Assembly (NCBI GenBank): GCA_039811225.1
Contig: JBDHYG010000014.1
Location: forward strand, 660-64,659
Direction of reading: 5' to 3'
From: Parafilimonas sp.
GTDB lineage: Bacteria; Bacteroidota; Bacteroidia; Chitinophagales; Chitinophagaceae
Length of the DNA: 64,000 nucleotides
The number at the start of each line of letters is the position of its first letter. The stretch's first letter is position 1. This document shows, piece by piece, positions 1 to 9,311 of the stretch. The notes beneath the pieces were generated by a model that was not told the DNA's origin, searched no databases, and saw only the letters and a program-made list of their open reading frames with translations. Both the position numbers and the translations under genes were made by a program.

Positions 1-2101
1 GTCTGTTCTTTGGGCAGGCACTCATCATGGGACTATCTCTGATAAGCATGGTGTTTTCTTTCTGACACCCGACAGTACGCAGAAAAACCTGGTTATTACC
101 TATGCCGGTTTCCGGCCGGATACAATCCTGATTAGTGATAACAAAGAACTGCAGGTGATACTTGCCGAAAATGGGGAATTAAAAACAGTTACTGTATCGG
201 GGTCCGCTCGTTCTTTTGTCAATATCTATGCACCAATACGCATTCAAACGATCAATACTAAGGACCTGTTGAAAGCAGCTTGTTGCAACCTGAGTGAAAG
301 CTTTGAAACAAATCCATCTGTAGATGTTACTTATAGTGATGCGGTAACCGGTGCCAAGCAAATCCAGTTATTGGGCCTGTCGGGTATTTATACCATGCTC
401 ACCGTAGAAAACCTGCCCGGTTTGCGTGGCCTGGCAACACCCCTCGGACTAAACAGTATTGCCGGCCCCTGGATCGAAAGTATTCAATTGAGTAAAGGCA
501 CGGGTTCCGTGGCAAACGGGTTTGAAAGTATAGCAGGGCAGATCAATGTGGAATTGAAGAAACCGGCATCAGCAGAAAAATTTTACCTGAATGGGTATAT
601 CAATGATATGGGGAAAACAGATGTCAATCTAAATTATTTCCAAAAATTGGGGGAACGATGGTCCACCGGCTTATTGTTGCATGATGATTTCCTGCAAAAT
701 AAAGTGGACATCAATAAAGACGGATTTCGCGATCTGCCCACCGGGAATTTATTCAGTGCAGTCAACCGCTGGCAATACAATGATGGGAAAGGCTGGATGG
801 TACAGTTTGGTATAAAAGGGATGAAAGATAAAAAGACAGGTGGGGAAATGGCTTTTCAATCCTCCGATAAATTTAATACCAATGTGTATGGCCTGGGTAT
901 GGATATCTCGCGGATAGAGGGTTTTGCTAAAATCGGCTATGTATTTCCTGCCAAGAAATATAAAAGCATTGGGCTGCAACTTTCTGCTTTCACTTATAAA
1001 CAGGAATCTTTTTTTGGGTTAACACAGTACAATGCCCGGCAGAAAAGTTTTTATTCCAACCTGATTTATCAGAGCATCATTGGAAATAGTAATCATAAAT
1101 TTCGCACGGGTTTAAGTTTGGCTGCAGATACTTATGATGAACTGTATACCACACAAACCTACCTGCGCAATGAAGTTGTTCCCGGGGCATTTTTTGAATA
1201 TACCTATGAAATGAATGAGCAATTCAGCCTGGTGGCGGGTTTACGTGAAGATTACAATAATCTTTATGGCTGGTTCACCACTCCGCGGATGAATATCCGT
1301 TATGCACCCTGGCCAAAAACGATAATCCGCCTGAGTGCCGGCAGAGGACAGCGTACTGCCAATATTTTTGCTGAAAATGCGGGCTTCCTGGCCAGCGCAA
1401 GGGCATTACAAATCCAGGGCCATAACCCATCCGGCGCTTATGGCCTGGATCCGGAAATCGCCTGGAATAAAGGGATTAGCATTGATCAGAAATTTAAATT
1501 GTTTAAAAATGATGCGATGCTCAGCCTGGATTTTTACCGGAATGATTTTACCAACCAGGTCGTAGTGGATTTGGAAGACCCACGGATGATTAAGTTTTAT
1601 AACCTGCAGGGAAAATCTTTTTCAAACAGTTTCCAGGCAGAATTGAATTTCATTCCCATACAACACCTCGATATGCGGCTTGCCTACCGCTTCTTTGATG
1701 TAAAGTCAACTTATGGAAATGAGTTACTGGAAAAACCATTAACCGCCAATCAACGTGCATTTGCCAACCTCGGTTACAGCATCGGAGATTGGAAAATTGA
1801 TTATACCATCAATTTTGTAGGGGCAAAAAGAATTCCTTCCACCGCAGCCAACCCGGTAGCATATCAATTTCCGGCAACTTCACCATCTTATATTTCGATG
1901 AATGCACAGATCAGTAAAGCATTCGGTAAAAACAAAAATTTTGAAATGTATTTCGGTGGAGAAAACCTGACAAATTATTTCCAGAAAACAGTGATTATTG
2001 CTGCCGATGATCCTTTTTCTCCCTACTTTGATGCGTCCTTGGTCTATGGCCCGCTGAGTGGGCGCTTATTTTATGGAGGGTTCCGATATAAAATAAAATA
2101 A
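1..2101 (+). CDS. TonB-dependent outer-membrane receptor; 5' end lies off-window
   Basis: The GTG at 155 in the ORF track is internal. The same frame stays open back to position 2 (SVLWAGTHHGTISDKHGVFFLTPDST..., a carboxypeptidase-regulatory-like N-domain common in Bacteroidota TBDRs). A plug-like segment NLSESFETNPSVDVTYSDAVTGAKQIQLLGLSG follows, then a long beta-barrel body running to the C-terminus. Confidence 0.85.
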   Translation, partial: SVLWAGTHHGTISDKHGVFFLTPDSTQKNLVITYAGFRPDTILISDNKELQVILAENGELKTVTVSGSARSFVNIYAPIRIQTINTKDLLKAACCNLSESFETNPSVDVTYSDAVTGAKQIQLLGLSGIYTMLTVENLPGLRGLATPLGLNSIAGPWIESIQLSKGTGSVANGFESIAGQINVELKKPASAEKFYLNGYINDMGKTDVNLNYFQKLGERWSTGLLLHDDFLQNKVDINKDGFRDLPTGNLFSAVNRWQYNDGKGWMVQFGIKGMKDKKTGGEMAFQSSDKFNTNVYGLGMDISRIEGFAKIGYVFPAKKYKSIGLQLSAFTYKQESFFGLTQYNARQKSFYSNLIYQSIIGNSNHKFRTGLSLAADTYDELYTTQTYLRNEVVPGAFFEYTYEMNEQFSLVAGLREDYNNLYGWFTTPRMNIRYAPWPKTIIRLSAGRGQRTANIFAENAGFLASARALQIQGHNPSGAYGLDPEIAWNKGISIDQKFKLFKNDAMLSLDFYRNDFTNQVVVDLEDPRMIKFYNLQGKSFSNSFQAELNFIPIQHLDMRLAYRFFDVKSTYGNELLEKPLTANQRAFANLGYSIGDWKIDYTINFVGAKRIPSTAANPVAYQFPATSPSYISMNAQISKAFGKNKNFEMYFGGENLTNYFQKTVIIAADDPFSPYFDASLVYGPLSGRLFYGGFRYKIK

Positions 2102-2390
2102 ATGGATTTTTTTTTTGTTCAAAACAGGGAAGGGAAGAGCATAACAGATTGAATATGGAAAAAACGTTTTCGCTAATGGGCAATAGTAGGATTCAAAACC
2201 TTTCAGCCAGGAACCTGATTTTAATAGTCTGTTATTTCCTTCTTATTGCATCAGAAACATAGAAATTCTATTGTAACTTTGAGGCAGGCCAGGTGCCTAT
2301 TATCTTATCATTGAAATTATATTTTGAATGGTATGAAACAAGAAGAACAGGCATAACAGGTAAATTTTTAAGGAACAAAAAAAATGAAAT

Positions 2391-2918
2391 ATGAAAACAA
2401 ACAGGTTAAGCGCTACGATAAACAAGGCACTGAATGATCAGTTAAAAAAAGAAGCACATGCCGCACAAATTTATTTATCTTATGCATCCTGGGCAGCCAA
2501 TGAAGGGTATGAAGGCATTGCGCATTTTTTATTTCATCATGCAACGGAAGAGAGAAACCACATGATGAAATTTCTTAATTATATATTAGAACGCGGCGCC
2601 CGGGTACATGTTGAAGCCATTCCGGCACCTCCCGCCGATCCGAAATCAGTACAGGATTGTTTTGAACGAACCTTTCAACATGAAGTGGATAACTCCAACT
2701 CCATTTATAAAATTGTAAAAATGAGTTTTGAAGAAGATGACTGGGCTACCTGGAATTTTCTCCAATGGTTTTTAAATGAACAAACAGAAGAAGAAACCAT
2801 GGTATTAAAGATCCTGGATAAATTAAAAATTGCCGGAGGCGAAAAAGCTTCGAAAGAATCATTGTATGCATTTGACCGGGAATTGCTTACAGCCCCGGAT
2901 GAAGTGAAGCTTGCCTGA
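2391..2918 (+). CDS. ftnA: Non-haem ferritin
   Basis: 175 aa. Ferritin-like four-helix signature: LNDQLKKEAHAAQIYLSYASW, EERNHMMKF, FQHEVDNS, FLQWFLNEQTEEE. Confidence 0.9.
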   Translation: MKTNRLSATINKALNDQLKKEAHAAQIYLSYASWAANEGYEGIAHFLFHHATEERNHMMKFLNYILERGARVHVEAIPAPPADPKSVQDCFERTFQHEVDNSNSIYKIVKMSFEEDDWATWNFLQWFLNEQTEEETMVLKILDKLKIAGGEKASKESLYAFDRELLTAPDEVKLA

Positions 2919-2956
2919 AAAAGTAGCAGGTAACTTTTTCAAGATAAAACAGTGAA

Positions 2957-3622
2957 ATGACGGTCCCTGAAATAACGCAACATATACATGCTTATAAGCA
3001 GCAGGGTAAACGTATGTTTACGACTTCTTCTTTTCAAACGCATAGTACTGTTTTATTGCATATCCTGAGCAGGATTGATCCATCCATCCCGGTGTATTTT
3101 ATTCATACAGGTTATCATTTTCCCGAAACACTTACTTATCGCGATACCATCACGCGACTTTTCGGGTTGAACCTGATCAATATTTTTTCTTCAACTGCAA
3201 AGATCAACCAACGGGATGCCCAAGGAAAATTGCTTTTTGCCAGTGATCCTGATTTGTGTTGTCATTTGAATAAAGTCGTCCCCCTTGAACCGATTTTGGC
3301 TTCACATGATATCTGGATAAATGGTGTGCGGGCCGACCAGGGCAGCTTCCGGAAAAAATTACAGGTAGAAGAAAAAGCCAAATGGAATACGATGCGCTTT
3401 CATCCTATGCTGGACTGGACAGGTAAAATGATATATGATTATTTGCGGGAGCATACTATACCCCATCATCCCCTGGAGCAGGAAGGCTATTACAGCATTG
3501 GTTGTGAACCCTGTACCAGAAAATGGGATTTGGATATGGATGAACGCACAGGCCGCTGGTATGGCCTGAAAAAAACAGAATGTGGCCTGAATACAGACCT
3601 GGTTGATAAAACAAAAACGTAA
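2957..3622 (+). CDS. cysH: Phosphoadenosine/adenosine phosphosulfate reductase (APS-reductase type with Fe-S cysteines)
   Basis: 221 aa. PAPS-reductase fold (FTTSSFQTHSTVLLHIL). Has a CC pair (DPDLCCHLNKV) and a CxxC (SIGCEPCT) as in [4Fe-4S] APS reductases. C-terminal ECGL motif (KKTECGLN). Confidence 0.85.
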   Translation: MTVPEITQHIHAYKQQGKRMFTTSSFQTHSTVLLHILSRIDPSIPVYFIHTGYHFPETLTYRDTITRLFGLNLINIFSSTAKINQRDAQGKLLFASDPDLCCHLNKVVPLEPILASHDIWINGVRADQGSFRKKLQVEEKAKWNTMRFHPMLDWTGKMIYDYLREHTIPHHPLEQEGYYSIGCEPCTRKWDLDMDERTGRWYGLKKTECGLNTDLVDKTKT

Positions 3623-3645
3623 ACTTTCATTCCAAAAATAACTAC

Positions 3646-4560
3646 ATGCACATTTTACTTACCGGGGGAGCCGGTTATATAGGAACCGCATGTGTAGCTG
3701 AACTGGCCACTCATCCAGATGTTGAAAAGATTGTGGTATATGACAATCTCAGCCGGGGAAATTATAACCTCTTCCTGGGGAAAAATTTGAACCAGCATAA
3801 AATTTCCTTTATCCATGGAGATCTCCTGGATTCCCGCACCTTGAAAAAAGCCCTGGAGGGAGTGGATACTGTTTTGCATTGCGCCGCAAAAGTAACGACC
3901 CCTTTTGCTAATATCGATGCGCATATTTATGAACAGGTCAATCACTGGGGTACAGCCGAACTGACTTATGCTTTGGAAGAGAGTGCGGTAAAAAAATTAT
4001 TGTTCCTGAGTAGTGCAGCTGTTTATGGCCATACCATGTCACCTGCCAATGAAAAATCTTCTCCCCACCCCGAAAGCTTTTACTCCATTTCCAAACTAAA
4101 GGCAGAAAAACATGTTTACCGGCTTACAGATAAAATGAATGTCATCATTCTGCGGCTTGGTAATGTTTATGGTTATAGTAAAAGTATGCGCTTTGATGCA
4201 GTTATCAACAAATTTGTTTTCGATGCCCATTATACCGGCCGGATTACCATCAATGGCTCGGGAAAACAAAGCCGTTCATTTATTTCCATAGATAAAACCC
4301 GGGACGCCCTGATGGCGATATTAAAAAAAGATATCCCTTCCGGCATTTTTAACCTGGTAGATAAAAACCTGACTATTATGGAAATTGCCGAAGCCATGAA
4401 CCAGGTGTATCCGGGTATTGAATCATTTTTTATCAATCAGAACTATACTGGTTTTCAATTGGAAGTAGAAAGAACAACAAAATTGAATGAATTTTTCCAG
4501 GTACCTGAGACAGATTTCATAGAAGAACTCATCGAATTCAAAAACAGCTTTGCATTTTAA
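3646..4560 (+). CDS. NAD-dependent epimerase/dehydratase (extended SDR family)
   Basis: N-terminal Rossmann motif ILLTGGAGYIGT. YxxxK catalytic motif (YSISKLKAEK). 304 aa. Confidence 0.85.
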   Translation: MHILLTGGAGYIGTACVAELATHPDVEKIVVYDNLSRGNYNLFLGKNLNQHKISFIHGDLLDSRTLKKALEGVDTVLHCAAKVTTPFANIDAHIYEQVNHWGTAELTYALEESAVKKLLFLSSAAVYGHTMSPANEKSSPHPESFYSISKLKAEKHVYRLTDKMNVIILRLGNVYGYSKSMRFDAVINKFVFDAHYTGRITINGSGKQSRSFISIDKTRDALMAILKKDIPSGIFNLVDKNLTIMEIAEAMNQVYPGIESFFINQNYTGFQLEVERTTKLNEFFQVPETDFIEELIEFKNSFAF

Positions 4561-4754
4561 AAAAGAAATCACTGCTGAGTTGTAAAAGATACATTTCAAA
4601 AATGTACCACTATTTCAGTAGAATTATATTTTTAAGAAAGTTTATCTACCGGGAATATAAAAATTTTAAAGGCAGGTAGCTAATATTTTTCCACAAACTA
4701 CGTTATAGCATAGGATTCATTATTTTTGAACAGATTCCACCATGCAGGGAGCTT

Positions 4755-5636
4755 ATGAAAAGCCATATATTAAAATGGTTTATTGTTTTATTCTTTCTTT
4801 CTCCGCTATCTAAGGCCATAGCGCAAAAATATTTTGTTGAAGCAGGAGCAGGCATGGTTACTTACAATGGCGACCTGCAATTAGAGAAGCTAAAGCCCAA
4901 TAATTTTCTGCCCGGCTTCATGCTTGGCCTGGGTTATAATTTAAGTCATCACTTGAAAATCAATGGATCTTTGTTTTATGGAAAAATAAGTGGAGATGAT
5001 AAGAAAGCGGAAAAACCACAACTGGTTGCCCGTAATTTGAATTTCAAATCCAATATAATGGAAGGAAGTGTTGTAGTAAACTATAGTTTATTTTCTGATG
5101 AAAGCCCCATAAAAGTTACCCCATATATTTTTGGAGGGGTAGGAGTATATCATTTCAATCCCTATACCCTGGATGAATCCGGGAACAAAGTGTTTCTGCA
5201 ACCTTTAGGTACGGAAGGGCAGGGCTTACCCAGTTATCCCGATCGAAAATTTTATAAGCTCACCCAATTAAGCATTCCCTTTGGAGGCGGCTTCCGATAT
5301 CGCATCAATGACCATATTAGTGTGAGTGGGGAAGCAAATTTCCGTAAATTATTTACAGATTACCTCGATGATGTAAGTAAAACATATGCTGATTCATTGG
5401 AGTTGCTTAAAGCACGTGGCCCCCTGGCAGTGAAATATGCTTTCCGGAAAAATGAAATTGATCCGACAGCCAGGTATCCAAATGACGGGAACCGGGGCAA
5501 CTTGAAAAGAGATGATACATTTTATTATATCCTCCTGAAAGTCTCTTTTACTTTGTTTCCGGGAAATGGTATGTTTCAAACCGGATCAGGTAAAAAAATT
5601 AAAAGCAATATAAGCTGCCCGGGAAAAGTGCTTTGA
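4755..5636 (+). CDS. Outer-membrane beta-barrel protein (DUF6089-like)
   Basis: Signal peptide MKSHILKWFIVLFFLSPLSKAIAQ. Alternating-hydrophobic beta strands (GAGMVTYNGDL, FMLGLGYNL, IFGGVGVYHFNP, PFGGGFRYRI). The family assignment is from memory of similar Bacteroidota proteins. Confidence 0.6.
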   Translation: MKSHILKWFIVLFFLSPLSKAIAQKYFVEAGAGMVTYNGDLQLEKLKPNNFLPGFMLGLGYNLSHHLKINGSLFYGKISGDDKKAEKPQLVARNLNFKSNIMEGSVVVNYSLFSDESPIKVTPYIFGGVGVYHFNPYTLDESGNKVFLQPLGTEGQGLPSYPDRKFYKLTQLSIPFGGGFRYRINDHISVSGEANFRKLFTDYLDDVSKTYADSLELLKARGPLAVKYAFRKNEIDPTARYPNDGNRGNLKRDDTFYYILLKVSFTLFPGNGMFQTGSGKKIKSNISCPGKVL

Positions 5637-5687
5637 TCATATCCGGGTTTATCTCTGTCTTTGTAAGTTTGTTTCCTATTTTTGGGC

Positions 5688-7526
5688 ATGCATTATGCAA
5701 CCTTAGAAGCCTGTTTAATCGATCTTGAAAAACATGGCCATTTACTCCGTATCCGCGAAGAAGTGGATCCTGATCTGGAAATGGCCGCGATTCATTTGCG
5801 TGTACATGCCCGCCAGGGACCGGCCCTTTTATTTGAAAATGTAAAAGGCTGTAAATACCGCGCCGCATCAAATCTTTTCGGTACTTTAGAGAGAAGCCGT
5901 TTTATTTTTCGGGATACCTTGGAATTGGTTAAAAAAGCAATTGCGTTAAAAAATGATCCAACACTTGCCTTGAAAAGGCCGGTTGATTTTTTTTCTACTG
6001 GTTTGCATGCTATGAATGCCCAGCCAAGAAGAACTGCATTTTCTAAAAAAATATTTACTGCTGAAATTCAATTGCAGGATGTACCACAAATTAAACACTG
6101 GCCGCAGGATGGTGGTGCTTTTATTACCTTGCCACAGGTATATACAGAAAATGTGCTGCACCCGGGAATACAACAAAGCAATATAGGTATGTACCGTATC
6201 CAGGTAAGTGGGAATGAGTATGTACAAAATGAAGAAGCCGGCCTGCATTACCAGTTACACCGGGGCATTGGTATTCATCAAACCCTGGCACAACAAAATA
6301 ACCAACCCTTGAAAGTGAGCATTTTTGTAGGCGGCCCGCCGGCTCATAGTGTAGCTGCCGTGATGCCACTGCCGGAGAATATGAGTGAAACAGCTTTTGC
6401 GGGAATGCTGGCAGGTAGGCGTTTTCGTTATGCCTATGAAGCGGGTTATTGCATCAGCCAGGATGCAGATTTTGTGATTACCGGTGAAGTGATGCCAGAT
6501 GTTCTAAAACCGGAAGGCCCATTCGGAGATCATTTGGGTTATTACAGCCTGCAACATTTATTCCCGGTGATGCAAATCAAAAAAGTCTATGCAAAAGAAA
6601 ATGCGATCTGGCCTTTCACAGTTGTAGGCCGGCCACCACAGGAAGATACCTCCTTTGGTGCATTAATTCATGAAATAACCGGCACTGCTATTCAACATGA
6701 AATCCCCGGCCTGAAAGAAGTGCATGCGGTAGATGCAGCGGGTGTCCATCCGTTATTATTAGCCATCGGCAGTGAACGATATACACCGTATGCGCGGGAT
6801 AAAAAACCTGCAGAAATCCTAACCATAGCCAATCATATTTTGGGAACTTCGCAATTAAGCCTGGCAAAATATGTTTTTATTATGGCAGCAGATCACGCAA
6901 CGGTTAGCACAAAAGATGTCCCTGCTTTTCTTCAATTTATGTTGGCAAAGATAGATACCAACCGGGACCTGCATTTTATAACAAAAACCACTATTGATAC
7001 GCTGGATTATTCCGGTTCTGCATTAAATGAAGGAAGTAAAATGATCATTGCTGCATATGGTGAGAATCTTCGTCAATTGGAATCAGAAATTCCTGTATTT
7101 CTGCATTCAGTTGATTATTTTTCTAATCCTGTTTGCATTATGCCGGGCATCATTGCTATGAAAGGGGGCAATTATGTAAGTAAAGAAAAAGCAACGAGTG
7201 AATTGGCTGCTTTCCAAAATGCCTGTATTCCACATTTAGCTGAATTGGCAGGCTTTCCCATGATAGTAATTTGTGATGATCCCAATTTTCTACATACTTC
7301 TTTAAATAATTTTTTATGGGTCACCTTTACGCGCAGCAATCCTGCGCAGGATGTAAGTGGGATCGGTGCTTTTATCGAAGATAAACACTGGGGTTGCCGT
7401 GGCCCGTTTATCATAGATGCCCGGTTAAAACCGGGTTATCCACCGGTACTGGAAACGGACCCCGAAACAGAGAAAAAAATGGATCGTTTATTTGAAAAAG
7501 GCGGGAGTTTATATTCCGTAAAATAA
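5688..7526 (+). CDS. UbiD-family (prenyl-FMN dependent) decarboxylase, menaquinone-biosynthesis-decarboxylase-like
   Basis: UbiD-like motifs WPQDGGAFITLPQVYT, SNIGMYRIQV and EGPFGDHLGYYS. The ATG at 5688 is preferred over the TTG at 5682 given in the ORF track. Confidence 0.85.
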   Translation: MHYATLEACLIDLEKHGHLLRIREEVDPDLEMAAIHLRVHARQGPALLFENVKGCKYRAASNLFGTLERSRFIFRDTLELVKKAIALKNDPTLALKRPVDFFSTGLHAMNAQPRRTAFSKKIFTAEIQLQDVPQIKHWPQDGGAFITLPQVYTENVLHPGIQQSNIGMYRIQVSGNEYVQNEEAGLHYQLHRGIGIHQTLAQQNNQPLKVSIFVGGPPAHSVAAVMPLPENMSETAFAGMLAGRRFRYAYEAGYCISQDADFVITGEVMPDVLKPEGPFGDHLGYYSLQHLFPVMQIKKVYAKENAIWPFTVVGRPPQEDTSFGALIHEITGTAIQHEIPGLKEVHAVDAAGVHPLLLAIGSERYTPYARDKKPAEILTIANHILGTSQLSLAKYVFIMAADHATVSTKDVPAFLQFMLAKIDTNRDLHFITKTTIDTLDYSGSALNEGSKMIIAAYGENLRQLESEIPVFLHSVDYFSNPVCIMPGIIAMKGGNYVSKEKATSELAAFQNACIPHLAELAGFPMIVICDDPNFLHTSLNNFLWVTFTRSNPAQDVSGIGAFIEDKHWGCRGPFIIDARLKPGYPPVLETDPETEKKMDRLFEKGGSLYSVK

Positions 7527-7529
7527 AAT

Positions 7530-7561
7530 GGGGCCGATGAAGAATCAACGCCCCTTTTTTT
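7530..7561 (+). terminator. Rho-independent terminator after the UbiD-family gene
   Basis: GGGGC (7530-7534) pairs with GCCCC (7550-7554) around a 15-nt loop. A run of 7 T (7555-7561) follows immediately. Confidence 0.6.
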
Positions 7562-7654
7562 CAACCCTAAACCCTTAAAAAACTATATTAGTTGTTCTAA
7601 AAACCATGCCAAAAAGTATAGAACTTCAGGATATGAATAACTAAATTTGCCCAC

Positions 7655-8575
7655 ATGCGAAAATCATTTACCTATTGCCTGACGTTATTCACGATTGCGG
7701 GTTTTATTTCCTGCCAGGGAAAAAGTCAGCCGGCATTAACGACAGCATCCAATGGAAAAAGTCTTTTATGGGAAGTATCGGGAAATGGTTTGCAACAACC
7801 GTCTTATATTTTTGGTACGATGCATTTATTGTGCGCACAAGATGCTCAACTGAGCCAGGCTTTGAAAACTGTTATTCGTACTGTTCATGAAATTTATTTT
7901 GAAATAGATTTAGATGACCTGGGTGAATTGTTCAATGGGGCTACCCTGGGCATTATGCATAATGATACAACACTCAGCGACCTTGTCTCAAGTGACGCAT
8001 ATAATCGTATCCGTCTTTTCTTTGAAGAACATGATATGGCCATGCAATTTCGCATGATGCAAAATCTGCAACCGATGTTATTGAGTTCACTGGTATACCA
8101 GGCTTTATTGCCCTGCACGCAAACGGAAGGCATGGAAATGGCCATTATGCAATGGGCGCATGAGCAGCAAAAAGAAATCAAAGGCCTGGAAACAGCTGCA
8201 TTCCAGGTGAGTATTTTACAGGAGATTCCATATGAGAAACAAGCCGCCGATTTAGTCAATACCATTGATAGTATTGCTGGGGGCAGCAAGAAAATCGAAG
8301 AAATGATTCGGCTGTATAACGCACAGGACCTGGATGCATTGCTGGACTTTACACTTAAAACAGATGGTGGTGAATCTCCCGAGATACAGGATAAAATGAT
8401 TTTTCAGCGCAATCTAAACTGGGCTACGCTTTTCCCGACTATTACCAAAGACAAATCATTGTTGATTGCAGTGGGAGCCGGTCACCTGGGCGGCCAATCC
8501 GGGTTATTGGCATTGCTGAAGAAAGCAGGATATACACTCCGGCCAATTGAAAATGTACCAACGGAAACCTTATAA
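7655..8575 (+). CDS. TraB/GumN family protein
   Basis: Signal/lipoprotein-like N-terminus (FTIAGFISCQG). Hallmark LLWEVSGNGLQQPSYIFGTMHL and C-terminal LIAVGAGHLGG. Confidence 0.8.
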   Translation: MRKSFTYCLTLFTIAGFISCQGKSQPALTTASNGKSLLWEVSGNGLQQPSYIFGTMHLLCAQDAQLSQALKTVIRTVHEIYFEIDLDDLGELFNGATLGIMHNDTTLSDLVSSDAYNRIRLFFEEHDMAMQFRMMQNLQPMLLSSLVYQALLPCTQTEGMEMAIMQWAHEQQKEIKGLETAAFQVSILQEIPYEKQAADLVNTIDSIAGGSKKIEEMIRLYNAQDLDALLDFTLKTDGGESPEIQDKMIFQRNLNWATLFPTITKDKSLLIAVGAGHLGGQSGLLALLKKAGYTLRPIENVPTETL

Positions 8576-8585
8576 ATCTTTTTAC

Positions 8586-9311
8586 TTAAATACCCAGGCT
8601 TTCCCGTAATTTTTTGTAACCCGCTTTACTCACCGGGATTTTTGCGCCATTGGTTAATAAAACCAGGTGCCCTTCTTTTTCATAGGGATCAATATGTGTG
8701 ACCATTTGTGTATTGATAAGAAAGGAACGATGTACCCGTACAAACTGGCCCGGAGGCAGGTTCTCTTCAAAGTAGCCCATTGTTTTTTTCTTGAGAAATG
8801 TATTTTCCTTCGTGATGATTTTTACATAATCATCGGCTGCTTCCAGGTAAAAAATTTGTACCGTGGGAATAATGCGTATTTTATTTCCATCCTTAACCAC
8901 GATTCTGTTTGTCTGGGCAGTTAAGGGTAATGATTGAATAAAAGCCGAACGTTCCTGGTTGTTGTTTTGTTGCATGGCTTTTTGCATGGCTTTATCAAAA
9001 CGCTCCTTGCTGAAAGGTTTCAATAAATAATCAATGGCATGTGCTTCGAATGCTTTCATGGCATACTCTTCAAAAGCGGTGCAAAAAATAACCTGTGGAG
9101 GATTTTCAAGAAGCTCCAACATTTCAAAGCCTGTAATACGCGGCATTTGAATATCCAGGAAAACCAAATCGGGATGTGCTTCCTGGATACTTTTCAACCC
9201 TTCAAAGCCATCGTTACAATCTTCCAGGATTTCTATTTCCGGGTAGGTTTTTAAATATTCCCGTATGACTAAACGGGCCAGGGGTTCATCATCTATAATT
9301 AATACTTTCAT
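8586..9311 (-). CDS. LytTR-family response regulator (REC + LytTR DNA-binding domain)
   Basis: REC domain: VLIIDDEPLAR, with the phospho-acceptor in FLDIQMP. LytTR domain: IFYLEAADDYVKI...FVRVHRSFLIN. Its start overlaps the kinase stop by 4 nt (ATGA, 9308-9311). Confidence 0.92.
   Translation of the reverse strand: MKVLIIDDEPLARLVIREYLKTYPEIEILEDCNDGFEGLKSIQEAHPDLVFLDIQMPRITGFEMLELLENPPQVIFCTAFEEYAMKAFEAHAIDYLLKPFSKERFDKAMQKAMQQNNNQERSAFIQSLPLTAQTNRIVVKDGNKIRIIPTVQIFYLEAADDYVKIITKENTFLKKKTMGYFEENLPPGQFVRVHRSFLINTQMVTHIDPYEKEGHLVLLTNGAKIPVSKAGYKKLRESLGI

Noticed and set aside
2155-2259. 34-codon ORF (MEKTFSLMGNSRIQNLSARNLILIVCYFLLIASET) in the 289-bp gap before the ferritin gene
   Set aside because: It has no promoter-like box or ribosome-binding context that I can identify, and no conservation evidence is available. 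An ORF this short is expected by chance.
2297-2320. Fur-box-like AT-rich string (CTATTATCTTATCATTGAAATTAT) upstream of the ferritin gene
   Set aside because: Only a partial resemblance (TTATCATT) to the enterobacterial Fur consensus. The Fur-binding motif is not one I can specify for this lineage, and the AT-rich background makes such matches common.
2957-3622. PAPS-reductase-fold protein considered as a defence-associated enzyme (DndC or BREX BrxP-like)
   Set aside because: Its small size (221 aa) and its CC…CxxC and ECGL motifs fit assimilatory CysH. There are no dnd, BREX or other defence genes nearby.
7642-7649. TAAATTTG -7-like box 5 nt before the TraB/GumN ATG
   Set aside because: It is an exact TAnnTTTG match, but its position would force a leaderless transcript or one starting inside the gene. 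It is too uncertain to list as a promoter.
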